A DNA stretch of 64,000 nt from an uncultured candidate division Zixibacteria bacterium (GCA_963702205.1 OY969724.1:2464001-2528000); one strand, 5' to 3'. Positions 9,954-19,484 are shown, numbered from the stretch's first letter. Numbers and translations are program-made. The notes: generated from the sequence alone by a model not told the origin.

Positions 9954-9976
9954 AAAAAGCCCCCGGAATCGGGGGC
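9952..9976 (-). terminator. Intrinsic terminator of M6 protease gene
   Basis: GCCCCCG-ATTC-CGGGGGC followed by T7 on the minus strand. Confidence 0.75.
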
Positions 9977-10045
9977 AGGCATGCCGAGTTATCCCGGGGG
10001 GGAGGGGACCGGAATAAACCCGGCCAACATACAATCCGATATTTG

Positions 10046-11815
10046 TTATCTCAAAAGTAACATCTTTTTGGATTCAGTTTGTCCGTCACAGACGACCTCG
10101 TAGAAGTACACCCCGGAAGCGAGTTCATTGCCCTGTGCATCACGGCCGTTCCATTCCACGGAGATATTTCCGGACGGAAGGTTTTCATCGATAAGTTCAT
10201 TGACCTTACGGCCAAGCATGTCAAAGACGGTCATGGTAACGTGACCGGCGGTGGACAGTTCGAGGTTGATGCGCGTGGCGGGGTTGAAGGGATTGGGGTA
10301 GTTCTGTCCCAGGACGAAAGATACCGGCAGAGGCGTTTGCTGATCGCCGGGGTCGTCGGTTCCGCTTGATAGTGACACCTGAACGTCGGCGGTCATGGTG
10401 GACGCGGACGGTGAGATGCTCGATATTACAATGGCGGTGTTGTCGCCGGAGTATGAGTCGGAAGAGGGTGTCGTCATAGGCGAGAAGGAGGTTTTATTGG
10501 TCGATCCGGGGAAAGGATCGCCGGTATCGCCCTGATCGTTTTTTTGTTCGAGTTCGAAAAGGCCGTCGGCCTGTTCCAGGGCCACCAAATAATTGCCATT
10601 GGATGTATATCCCGGGAACCAACGATGATCATTGTCGGTCTGGGTGTCATCGATATGCCAGATAAGCAGTCCCGCTCCGGGCAAATACGAGTCATAACCT
10701 GTCTTTTGACGGTTCTCGATCAGAAAGTACTCGTTGCCGGAGGCACCATCGATATCGATTCGATATATATTTCCACCAGATTCAACGTTTTCAAAATTAA
10801 AACCCGTGACGTTTTCGGTCAGGGTGGATTCGGCGGCAAAGCCAAGCTGAAGGCGGCACCACGCGTCGAATTCCGCCGGACTGTCTCCGGAATAATAATA
10901 CGATCCGCCGTGTGATATCAATGAACCGTTCCAACTGCCGTAGGCCATCAACGACCAAAGGCCGATGCCGTAAGAATCCGCACCGCTCGTGGGAGTCGTA
11001 TCGTACAGGTCCGGCAGTCCGAGAATGTGACCGAATTCGTGGCAGTACACCCCGCAGGTCATATCGCCGGGATCGAACCAGTATTCGGGTTGTATGGAAT
11101 AAGAAGAAATGCGAACTCCGTCGAGGACGGTAGTGGCACTGACCACCCATTTATGCGACCAGATGTCGGTATTAAGGCCGGTCATTTCCGCGCCCGGCCC
11201 GGTATGAATCAGAAGAATACCGTCGACGACGCCGTCGTTGTCGTTGTCATAGTCAGAGAAGTCGACCAGCGGATTGATCAGGTTGACGACGTCCTCACAG
11301 AGTCTCTGAGAGTTGTTCGGATAGGAGCCGGTGCCGTTGGCGTTGTTGCAATAGTAGGCGTACGTCTGAGGAGCGGTTGACCAGCCGACTTGCGACGGCA
11401 GGTTGACAGTGACGACGTCGAATTGACTGTATGAGACTTCATTGTAAAAATGCCGCAACGATCCCTGTTGATTGGTGAAGAGGAGCGTGTCGAACGACGT
11501 CGCGGTGGCCTGGGCCGGTTTGTCGGAAAACTGGACGAGAACAGCCAGAATGTTGAACGTGCCGGTATAATTGGAACTCTTGAATGCGGACGCTCGGCTG
11601 GGGTTGTTGACGCCCCGCTCGTTCAATTCGTTTTTGTGCTGGAGATAGTACGGCATCGCAATGCGGCCGTCCTGAATCGCTTTGACCAACCCCGGATTGG
11701 GCGGACTGGCCGCCGCGGGCAGCAACAGGAGGGTCCAGATGAAAAGCGAAAGAGCCGCGATGCCTACACATTTTGTCCGACCAGAAGTCGCATGGGATAT
11801 AGAATAAAGGTTCAT
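10046..11815 (-). CDS. M6 family (immune inhibitor A-like) metalloprotease with PNPFN-type C-terminal domain
   Basis: DFSDYDNDNDG.VD, IWSHKW, HEFGHILGLPDLYD, WSLMAYGSW, EYFLIENRQ, GLLIWHID; C-terminal QNYPNPFNP...SGVYFY..KKMLLLR. Confidence 0.9.
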   Translation of the reverse strand: MNLYSISHATSGRTKCVGIAALSLFIWTLLLLPAAASPPNPGLVKAIQDGRIAMPYYLQHKNELNERGVNNPSRASAFKSSNYTGTFNILAVLVQFSDKPAQATATSFDTLLFTNQQGSLRHFYNEVSYSQFDVVTVNLPSQVGWSTAPQTYAYYCNNANGTGSYPNNSQRLCEDVVNLINPLVDFSDYDNDNDGVVDGILLIHTGPGAEMTGLNTDIWSHKWVVSATTVLDGVRISSYSIQPEYWFDPGDMTCGVYCHEFGHILGLPDLYDTTPTSGADSYGIGLWSLMAYGSWNGSLISHGGSYYYSGDSPAEFDAWCRLQLGFAAESTLTENVTGFNFENVESGGNIYRIDIDGASGNEYFLIENRQKTGYDSYLPGAGLLIWHIDDTQTDNDHRWFPGYTSNGNYLVALEQADGLFELEQKNDQGDTGDPFPGSTNKTSFSPMTTPSSDSYSGDNTAIVISSISPSASTMTADVQVSLSSGTDDPGDQQTPLPVSFVLGQNYPNPFNPATRINLELSTAGHVTMTVFDMLGRKVNELIDENLPSGNISVEWNGRDAQGNELASGVYFYEVVCDGQTESKKMLLLR

Positions 11816-11854
11816 ATCCTCCCCCTGAACTAAAAGGTTATCGTGGTCGTATTG

Positions 11855-11870
11855 AGCAATTAAAATGCCG
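11855..11870 (-). promoter_or_regulatory. Putative sigma54 promoter of M6 protease
   Basis: CGGCAT-TTTAA-TTGCT (GG-N10-GC) on the minus strand, about 40 nt upstream of the start. Confidence 0.45.
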
Positions 11871-11993
11871 GGTTGTGGAGTTTATATCTCCATGTTATGC
11901 ATATGGATACCGGTGCGACGGTATTCGACAAAAAGCATGAGTGAGGGATTTGTCCCATACAGTGTTGAGTTGAAAGAAGCTTGGTTGAAGACA

Positions 11994-12152
11994 GTCAGGT
12001 CTCATCCCGATTTCATCGTGACATGACCTGACAGAACTTCCAGCATTAACATTTGTCAGGAGCGCAGGGCTCCTGAACTATAGCAAATGCATATTGTGAG
12101 TATTTCAATTGAATTAAGAAAAGTACTGGATTCCCTCGTACGCGGGAATGAC
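11994..12152. repeat. Cluster of REP-like short palindromes
   Basis: GTCAGGTC...GACCTGAC; TCAGGAGC-GCAGG-GCTCCTGA; ATTCCC-N8-GGGAAT at 12130-12149. Confidence 0.5.
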
Positions 12153-12194
12153 ATTAAGAGAGTTTCGGGAATAACATCGGAATATAAGTACAAT

Positions 12195-12222
12195 AAAAAG
12201 GCAGGACGTGGGTCCTGCCTTT
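12195..12222 (-). terminator. Intrinsic terminator
   Basis: AAAGGCAGGAC/GTCCTGCCTTT stem with a T-run on the minus strand, after the beta-barrel gene. Confidence 0.7.
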
Positions 12223-12249
12223 GATCGCAGAATAATACCGTGAAGGGAG

Positions 12250-13513
12250 TTATAATTTCAGGCCGGTCGAGACGGCAAAGTGCAGGCCTTTGGATTTATC
12301 AAAATCAAAGCCGCTGTGATTCGACAGAGCGACATCGATATAAAACGGGCCAAGATTGAGACCGGTGCCGCCGGATATGACCGAACCTTTGCCGCCGCCG
12401 GTGGCATAACCGGCGCGAAGCGGCAGAACGCTTAGTATGCTGTACTGCGCGCCGAAAGCGAGGCGCGGTTTGCTCGATGTTCCGGCGCCGAGCTTGAATC
12501 CCTGAATCCAGTCGACGGCCCAGATAAATTTGCCGGACGTCCTGGCAAAGCCTCCCTGCAGGTAAGAAGGAATACCCGTGGAAAAATTATCTATATCTTT
12601 GGAATAATCCTCAGAAACTACCAAAGAATCATTGTCAATGTTGTCGACATTCATCGAATCGAACGCAAAATAATATCCGTGTTCCTGTGTGTCCTTGTTC
12701 CAGGTAACGTTGCTGTACAAGTTGTGAATAGCCGCACCCAGAGTATAGCTGTCGGACAGTTTCAGAGCAGCCCCGACGTCGAGTCCGTAACCGCGACCGC
12801 CGGTGGCGGTGCGTACGGTCATATTGCCTTCACCCTCGAATCCGGTCATGAGAGTGGTTACTCCACCGTGGATTTCGGTGATTCTCTCGTAGCCGAAACC
12901 GTAGATGTATTTGGCGGTCACACCGACCGCGAGCTGGCGGGTTCCGTTGGTGATGAGAGGGAAACCGTACCGATAGTCCGGCGGTGCCGTACGCCAGCGC
13001 TTCGCTGTACATACCGTCGAGCGTGAACTGCTCGCCGTAGGGATTGCCGTTTAAAAGCAGGTCGAGAGCATCGCGTCCGAGGTTCGTTTCGGTGGCGGCC
13101 AGACCGTTAATCGAAAGGACGACGTTCCCCAGAGAGATGCACAGGGCCGAGGCTTCGGCATCGGCGGAGATGCGGAGACCGTCGGAGGGTATCTTTGAGA
13201 TAATATTGTCTTTATCGGCATCGGTCAGGAAGGCGCCGGTGTAATCGTTATAGTCTTTTAACGTGAAGCTGTTGTTGTTGATCTCAACTCCCGCTCCGAC
13301 CAGTTCGATACCGACGTTACGATAGCCGGACAGGCCGAGATTGGCCGGGTTGTACTGTGCGGCATAGACACCTTTGGCCAGACCGGTATAAGCGCCGCCC
13401 ATGGCGACGGCGCGCGCGGAGGAAAGGCCTGATGCCAAAGTTGTCGCCGACAGCGCGAGGACCGCAATGACAGACAAAATGACTATCTTCGGTGTATTAA
13501 TAAGCTTAAACAT
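12250..13513 (-). CDS. Outer-membrane beta-barrel protein (DUF5723/TraF/FadL-like), split by a +1 frameshift near 12970
   Basis: Signal peptide and SARAVAMGGA..YNPANL. Removing one G from CTATCGGTAC joins the two ORFs (..GLSYGFPLITNGTRQLAVGVTAKYIYG..). Ends in an amphipathic strand. Confidence 0.7.
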
Positions 13514-13527
13514 TGGTATGGTCTCCC

Positions 13528-15609
13528 TTAAAATTCACCGTCAAACTTGTATTCGACTTCAATGATGGCACTGACGTGGATGTAGTCATCGAGATTGATT
13601 TTGACGGTTTGTCCGTCGGTGCTTTGAAGCGTTATTATCTGGGCCGTGTAGAGGGTAGGATTTTTGAGAATTTTTATATCAGTGCTGTCCAGCGTAACAA
13701 TATTCCCGGATGAGACGGCATCGGTGACATTGCCGCCTGCGTCGGTGGTGCCGGCGTCCACGCTAAGCGGAATAATCAGTTGCGGGTTGTCGAGAACGGT
13801 GGCGGAATCTCCGCCGAGGTATATATCGACCGAAGCGCCAAGAGGCAGGTGGTTTTCGATGTTCGAGACGATTCGGGCTTCAACGACGTGATCGGTAATT
13901 AAATCTATATCGTTCTGGTCGATTTCTTCGGACGTTAAATCGCCCTCAAAAGTGGCGCTGTCGATAACCATCTCCATGGGAGATTCGATATCGACCGACG
14001 CGAAGACGTAATCGTCGCGGGTCAGTTGCCCGGCGCCGGAAAAATCGGCGCTCCCTGAAACACTGATGACATCCGGGACTGGATTGAGAAAATCGGCAAG
14101 GTCGTTTCTTGTGATAATGGTCATCGAAGGATCGGCGACCGACCCGGCCTGTAGGGTCGCGTCTATAACGAGGCTCTGGCCGTTGTCGCCGGTGACGGTG
14201 ATGGAAACGTCGCCGTCGAGACCGAAAGCATTTTCTATCCGGAGAATCATCTCGGCGTTGACCAGTTGTATTTCATCGAAGCCACGCGGCAGGTCCACGT
14301 TCAGATCAACGCTGTCGAACTGCGCCTGAGCGGCGTGCAGGACGCCTTCTATCGAAGAAAAGTCGACCCCGGAAACACCGATGTTGACCTGAATGTTGTC
14401 GCCCTCGGTTATGGTAGCTTTGCCGGGCGCAGTGGAGTCTATGACGACGCAGGCGGAGCAGGCGACATTCTGCGGGAAACCCTGATCGAGCGGCGCAAAA
14501 GTGTAACCGTCGAGGTCGATCACGACCTGCTGATTTTGATTGCCGCCGGCGGCAACGTGCCGGGTCAGCGGGACGCCTCCCTGGGTGAAATCGGGCAGAA
14601 AGACGTCGAGGTCGATGTTCAGGGCGGTGCCGTTCAATATGCTGAGGGTGGCGGTTCCGGAAGTTAGCCGGGCCGTCGTAATAGAATTATCATTGACGAT
14701 ACTCACCCGGGTGCTGAGGTCTTTTGTCAGCCGCGGAATTTTGGCGCGCGCCGATGTTACCGTAAGCGTGTTTAATTTCACGGAAGACGTCATTTTTTTG
14801 TCGGTAGTAGTAAGAACGGTACCGCCGGGAGTTTCACAGTGCATGTCGATACCTAACTGGCACGAAATGGTCTGCCCGGTGACTTCTACATAAATAGAGT
14901 CACGCCCGCCATCGGGGATAACATTTGGAAATGTCTTTGGCGGACTGGTGATAGTACGTACATAGTACTTGTCGATAACGTCGACCTGCACCAAAGAGAG
15001 GTCCACCCCGAGATCGTTGACGAGGACAATGTAGAAACCGCCGGTGGCGACGGTGGCCCAGTCGAATTCGGTGAAGCTCGGCAGGTCGTAATATATGTCT
15101 ATTCCGACACCCGGTATTATGCCGCCGTAGACGTCAATCAAATCGGTCAAATTAAAAGATTGATCGGGTGGTGAGGCCAGATCGATGTCGACCGAGCCGA
15201 TATTTTCGCTGAATGACATGGAAAGATCGTCGATGCGCAATTCTTCGGCGTCGATGTTGAAAGTATCAATGTCGGAGGAATAAGAAAAAATGATGTTGCT
15301 GTCCTCGTCGAAACCAAGCCCGGGCTGATCGATTTTGTCGATTATTTCCGGCATGCCATAAGTGCGGCTCATCATCGGGACGGTCAAATTGGTGGTCCAG
15401 GTGGGCGCTTCGGGCTTTTTAATGTCGCACTGGACGACGGTCAGAAAAACGAGGATGACGACGATGCCCAGGATAAATTTGAAACCGTATTTAACGAAAA
15501 ATGATTCGGCAAGAGCTGAGTGTTTTTGCCGCCTGCGAGGCGGCGGAGTCGGTGCCTGACTTTGGGGTGTCACCGATTCCGGGAAATTATTATTAAAGGA
15601 CTCAAGCAT
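13528..15609 (-). CDS. Large beta-rich putative lipoprotein, function unknown
   Basis: 693-aa ORF with a hydrophobic segment then QC-DIKKPEAPTW. Acidic and beta-rich; co-oriented with the beta-barrel gene. The true start may be downstream. Confidence 0.65.
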   Translation of the reverse strand: MLESFNNNFPESVTPQSQAPTPPPRRRQKHSALAESFFVKYGFKFILGIVVILVFLTVVQCDIKKPEAPTWTTNLTVPMMSRTYGMPEIIDKIDQPGLGFDEDSNIIFSYSSDIDTFNIDAEELRIDDLSMSFSENIGSVDIDLASPPDQSFNLTDLIDVYGGIIPGVGIDIYYDLPSFTEFDWATVATGGFYIVLVNDLGVDLSLVQVDVIDKYYVRTITSPPKTFPNVIPDGGRDSIYVEVTGQTISCQLGIDMHCETPGGTVLTTTDKKMTSSVKLNTLTVTSARAKIPRLTKDLSTRVSIVNDNSITTARLTSGTATLSILNGTALNIDLDVFLPDFTQGGVPLTRHVAAGGNQNQQVVIDLDGYTFAPLDQGFPQNVACSACVVIDSTAPGKATITEGDNIQVNIGVSGVDFSSIEGVLHAAQAQFDSVDLNVDLPRGFDEIQLVNAEMILRIENAFGLDGDVSITVTGDNGQSLVIDATLQAGSVADPSMTIITRNDLADFLNPVPDVISVSGSADFSGAGQLTRDDYVFASVDIESPMEMVIDSATFEGDLTSEEIDQNDIDLITDHVVEARIVSNIENHLPLGASVDIYLGGDSATVLDNPQLIIPLSVDAGTTDAGGNVTDAVSSGNIVTLDSTDIKILKNPTLYTAQIITLQSTDGQTVKINLDDYIHVSAIIEVEYKFDGEF

Positions 15610-15650
15610 TTCTCCCCCACGGTTAAAACTATTCGCTGGTCATCCTTTGG

Positions 15651-15697
15651 TGCAAGCCCTGTGCCAAATGGTTTCGGGCGGTCTAAGTCATTGATTT
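15651..15697 (-). promoter_or_regulatory. sigma54 promoter plus IHF site
   Basis: TGGCAC-AGGGC-TTGCA at 15666-15651; AATCAA-TGAC-TTA (WATCAA-N4-TTR) at about 15696-15684. Confidence 0.7.
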
Positions 15698-15781
15698 ATT
15701 ATGGGATGAAGCTGCGATTCCCCTGAACGGCGGGGGGATAAGTATTGGAATTTTGCCATACATTGTTGATGAGTTCTGGAG

Positions 15782-15810
15782 TTGACATCGGCGGGGGAGA
15801 ATAGTACTAT
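15782..15810 (+). promoter_or_regulatory. sigma70 promoter, probably giving a leaderless mRNA
   Basis: TTGACA-17-TACTAT with only 6 nt before ATG 15817. Confidence 0.65.
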
Positions 15811-15816
15811 TAAACT

Positions 15817-16767
15817 ATGAGCATGTCCAAATACGACCGGATGTTGTATATCCTGAATCTCCTTCGTTCGAGGCGAAATCTGAACGCCGCCATGCTGGCG
15901 CAGGAATGCGGCGTGACGGAGCGGTCGATCTATCGCGATATTGCCTCGTTATCCGAGGTCAACGTGCCGATCTATTATGACCGGGGCTATAAGTTTGCAT
16001 CGAATAATTTTCTGCCACCGCTCAATTTCACGATTGAAGAATACCTGACGCTGAAGACGGCTCTGGAATCATCGCCGCTATATAAAAGCGGGCCGGGGAA
16101 GAAACATATTAAATCGCTGCGGTCGAAAATAGAAGCCTGCCTGACGCCCGATGTCAAACGAGACCGGGCCTTGACGCCGCCCACAACCAGAGTCGATATT
16201 CGGAATACATTTTCGCCGACAAACTTCGAGAAGTATTCACCGCTGATAGAAAGGGCCATTATTGAATGCCGGGTGCTGAAGATGTCCTATGATTCACTCA
16301 AAAGCGGGCTGGGGGAGCGGGAGGTTGACCCTTATTTTTTGGTTTTTCGGGAGAGGGCGTTTTATTTTATCGGCTATTGCCATAACAGGAATGACATGAG
16401 GACATTTCGGCTGGATCGAATAAAATTTCTTGAGATTTCAGAAAATAATTTCAAAATTCGACCGGGCATTGATCCCTCGGATTATTTCCGTGACAGCTGG
16501 GGCGTATACAGCGGTGAGCCGGTAGAAGTTGAGATTATTTTTTCGGGGGCGGCCGCACGAGTCGTGAAATCAGGCCAACATCATGTTGGCGAAGAGATTA
16601 CGACGCTTGACGACGGACGGGTGCTATACCGCGTTACGGTGGCCGGGACTGAAGAAATCGGCCGTTGGCTGATGGGTTTCGGGGGAGAGTTCGAAATTTT
16701 GTCCCCGGAGGGCCTGCGACGGGAAGTTTGTCACTTTTCAAAATCTATAATAAATAAAAATAAATAA
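15817..16767 (+). CDS. WYL-domain transcriptional regulator (YafY/PafC/DriD type: HTH_11-WYL-WCX)
   Basis: LAQECGVTERSIYRDIASL HTH; LPPLNFT.EE; REVDPY..FYFIGYC..R.DMRTFRLDRI; WCX-like WLMGFG..EILSPEGLR. Confidence 0.92.
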   Translation: MSMSKYDRMLYILNLLRSRRNLNAAMLAQECGVTERSIYRDIASLSEVNVPIYYDRGYKFASNNFLPPLNFTIEEYLTLKTALESSPLYKSGPGKKHIKSLRSKIEACLTPDVKRDRALTPPTTRVDIRNTFSPTNFEKYSPLIERAIIECRVLKMSYDSLKSGLGEREVDPYFLVFRERAFYFIGYCHNRNDMRTFRLDRIKFLEISENNFKIRPGIDPSDYFRDSWGVYSGEPVEVEIIFSGAAARVVKSGQHHVGEEITTLDDGRVLYRVTVAGTEEIGRWLMGFGGEFEILSPEGLRREVCHFSKSIINKNK

Positions 16768-16774
16768 TATTCAA

Positions 16775-16808
16775 ACTGACAGATACTGACAGTGCCCTGT
16801 TTTATATT
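16775..16808 (+). promoter_or_regulatory. Putative WYL-regulator operator/promoter
   Basis: ACTGACAG-ATA-CTGACAGT, one mismatch from a perfect palindrome. The second TGACAG lies 10 nt before TATATT. Confidence 0.5.
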
Positions 16809-16871
16809 AGTCTCAGTAAATTGTGAAATTGCATAATTTTTTGTGCGAGGCCTTTGTTAACAGGGCAAGAC

Positions 16872-17492
16872 ATGACCAAGACCGAACGCCTGGTATATTT
16901 AATCCGCCTTTTACAAAACGGCAAAAGGTATATGATTGATGAAATTGCCGTTTCCTGCCGAACCTCCCGCCGCACTGCCTACCGCGACATAAAATCACTC
17001 GCCGAGATGAGCTTCCCATTTGTCTACGATGGTTCAGGGGGTTATCAATTGAAAACCGGGGCCGAGGGGGAAAGCCTGGCATTCACCCCCCTGGACCATG
17101 AAATTTTGGGGTACTCATTGAAATGTTCACCGCTGAATAAGCTGGCGGCCTTCGATCAGGTTATCAGAAATTTGGAAGCCAAGCTTTTGTCGCACAGCAA
17201 GAAAAAGAAGTCCGGCACGCTCAATTCGTTCATCACCGGTCGCCGTGCCGCACCGAGGCAGCTTGACAAAAAAGAGGATCAGATACTCAAGAAATTCACG
17301 TTTGCGATGATGTCGGGTCAGAAGGTCCATGTAAGTTTGTTCTCGGATGGATCGGAAATAAGTGCCGGCCGACCGACCCGTCTCGAAATTTCGGGCCGCA
17401 GGATATTACTGCATTTGAGATGCAACGGCGCCAACAAGACAATGGTTCTCAAGCCCGACGAAATCAGCAATCTGACGATACTCAGCAAATAA
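16872..17492 (+). CDS. HTH_11 protein with degenerate, truncated WYL-like domain
   Basis: N-terminus aligns by eye with the upstream WYL protein (ERLVYLIRLL..IAVSCRTSRRTAYRDIKSL..YD..GY). It lacks the WYL/RxFRxDR residues and the WCX domain. Confidence 0.75.
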   Translation: MTKTERLVYLIRLLQNGKRYMIDEIAVSCRTSRRTAYRDIKSLAEMSFPFVYDGSGGYQLKTGAEGESLAFTPLDHEILGYSLKCSPLNKLAAFDQVIRNLEAKLLSHSKKKKSGTLNSFITGRRAAPRQLDKKEDQILKKFTFAMMSGQKVHVSLFSDGSEISAGRPTRLEISGRRILLHLRCNGANKTMVLKPDEISNLTILSK

Positions 17493-17571
17493 GCTCAGAA
17501 GCTTGCGCTTCTATCCGGCCGATTTTCTATTTTTGGTTGACAAATCCAAACTTTGAGCGATTTTATTCGGT

Positions 17572-18087
17572 ATGAAAGGTTGGTCTGTCCGCGATATAGC
17601 CTTTGCCGGTACTATTGCGGCGGTATATGCCGCTCTAACTATCGCCTTGTCACCCATCAGCTACGGAATTTATCAAATCCGCGTGGCGGAAGCCCTGACG
17701 GTTCTTCCATATTTTTATCCGCCGGCGATCATCGCTCTTACGGTCGGCTGTTTTATAGCCAATATATTCGGCGGGCAGGGGCTTCAGGATATTATTTTCG
17801 GTTCATCGTTTACTCTTCTGGCCGGAATGTTGACGATGTCGGCCAGGTTTATCAATTCGCGCAAGCTCAGCATGATTTTAGCGCCGCTGCCGCCGGTCCT
17901 TGTGAACGCTTTCGGTGTCTCCTTATATTTGTCTCCAATTGTGGGCTTTAATTATCTATATACTGTCCAGTGGATCGGGGTAGGCCAGCTGGTTGCCTGT
18001 TACGGCATAGGCCTGCCGTTACTTTTGGTCATTGCGCAGCGCGAATCAGTGTTGGCCGGTAAAGCGAATGAAATTCAGTCACTCTAA
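17572..18087 (+). CDS. queT: QueT family transporter
   Basis: IAAVYAALT..PISYG.YQIRVAEALTVLP..GCFIANIF..DIIFG..PPVLVNA. Confidence 0.85.
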   Translation: MKGWSVRDIAFAGTIAAVYAALTIALSPISYGIYQIRVAEALTVLPYFYPPAIIALTVGCFIANIFGGQGLQDIIFGSSFTLLAGMLTMSARFINSRKLSMILAPLPPVLVNAFGVSLYLSPIVGFNYLYTVQWIGVGQLVACYGIGLPLLLVIAQRESVLAGKANEIQSL

Positions 18088-18102
18088 ACGATCGGTGAGA
18101 TA

Positions 18103-19359
18103 ATGTCAAAAAACTTAATAATATTCGAGGACTCCGGATATCAGAATCTGTTTCCGTTGACTCAGATAAGGCCGGTATTTTTCCTTCGGGCCGGGGCCAG
18201 ACCGCTATACAGCGTTTTAGTACACCTTTTTGAGGGATATCAGCCCTTTTTATTCTGCCGTCCGGAGATCGAAAGCCTGGCGGCGGAAAGTACAGTCTAT
18301 CCGGTCAATAGCTTTAACGGCCGTCACGGGGAAGAGACGATACTGATAAATGGCCGGATCCGTCCGGATGAGAAACTGGCCGAGGCTCTGAAACTGGCCA
18401 ACAGCGACGTGGTTGTCATGTCCGATAATGTCGACATCGCCGCCGTAAAGGTGGCCGGAAAGCTGTCCGACGAGCAGTTTCAGGACCTTATGAACGGCGA
18501 CCTTCCGGCTTTCGTAAACAAGGCCCAGCGGCAATTCGAGAAGATGAATGTGTCGATCCCGGCTTATAACTACCTTTGGGACCTGGTCAATGATATTCAT
18601 CACAGTCTTGCCGAAGATTTCGCGCGGTTTTCAAAGGGCGATTCTGAATATAAAGTCGCCGATTCATCGGATTATCCGGGAGTGGCTTTAATCAATGGCG
18701 GCAACATTCTTGTTTCAAAAGGGGTCGAAATTCTGCCGGGCAGCGTGCTGGATGCTTCCGAGGGGCCGATTATACTGGATCGTGACGTTCGCATTGAGCC
18801 ACACACTTATGTGATCGGGCCGACATATATCGGGCCGCAGTCGATATTGGTCGGGGGAAAAATTGAGGCGTGTTCGGTCGGGCCGGTCTGCCGGGTCGGC
18901 GGGGAGCTGGAGGAATCCATAATACAGGGATATTCCAATAAATACCACGCCGGTTTTATCGGTCATAGTTATGTCGGCGAATGGGTTAATTTCGGGGCCA
19001 TGACGACCAATTCGGACCTTAAAAATAATTATAAAAATATAGCCGTCGTGGTAAACGGAAGAAGTGTCGATACCGGATCGATGAAGATAGGGTCGTTTAT
19101 CGGGGACTTTACGCGGACGGCCATCGGGACGCTCTTGAATACGGGTATAAACATCGGGCTTTCGTGCAATCTACTGGGCGGGATGCTCGTCGCGGAAAAG
19201 GAAATAGACAATTTTACATGGTTTTCACCAGACGGACCAACCGAATACCAGTTTGAAAAGGCCATTGAGACGATAGAGACAGCCATGGCGCGCCGAAAGG
19301 TCGACCTCAGCGATGATCTCCGCAAGCGGTTGGCGGTGCTTTCAAAGGGTAAACAATAG
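18103..19359 (+). CDS. GlmU-like putative sugar nucleotidyltransferase / hexapeptide-repeat protein
   Basis: LFPLTQIRPVF.LRAG N-terminus; left-handed beta-helix; NKYHAGFIGHSYVGEWVNFGA.TTNSDLKNNY. Confidence 0.8.
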   Translation: MSKNLIIFEDSGYQNLFPLTQIRPVFFLRAGARPLYSVLVHLFEGYQPFLFCRPEIESLAAESTVYPVNSFNGRHGEETILINGRIRPDEKLAEALKLANSDVVVMSDNVDIAAVKVAGKLSDEQFQDLMNGDLPAFVNKAQRQFEKMNVSIPAYNYLWDLVNDIHHSLAEDFARFSKGDSEYKVADSSDYPGVALINGGNILVSKGVEILPGSVLDASEGPIILDRDVRIEPHTYVIGPTYIGPQSILVGGKIEACSVGPVCRVGGELEESIIQGYSNKYHAGFIGHSYVGEWVNFGAMTTNSDLKNNYKNIAVVVNGRSVDTGSMKIGSFIGDFTRTAIGTLLNTGINIGLSCNLLGGMLVAEKEIDNFTWFSPDGPTEYQFEKAIETIETAMARRKVDLSDDLRKRLAVLSKGKQ

Positions 19360-19484
19360 ACCTGGACGGGTGTTATACATTACAGGAAATGGATTTATCT
19401 GTCGAAACAAGCAATAGGGGCAGGAATATAAGCTGATCCAAAGTCGTTAAAAACGCTGACTTAAGGGGGAACGGGAGAAAAGAG

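Noticed and set aside
15817..17492. CRISPR or defence island signalled by the WYL genes
   Set aside because: No repeat-spacer array, cas, restriction or toxin genes nearby. The flanks are housekeeping or envelope genes.
17493..17571. preQ1 riboswitch upstream of queT
   Set aside because: No recognisable preQ1 stem or A-rich tail. TTGACA lies so close to the ATG that there is little room for a leader.
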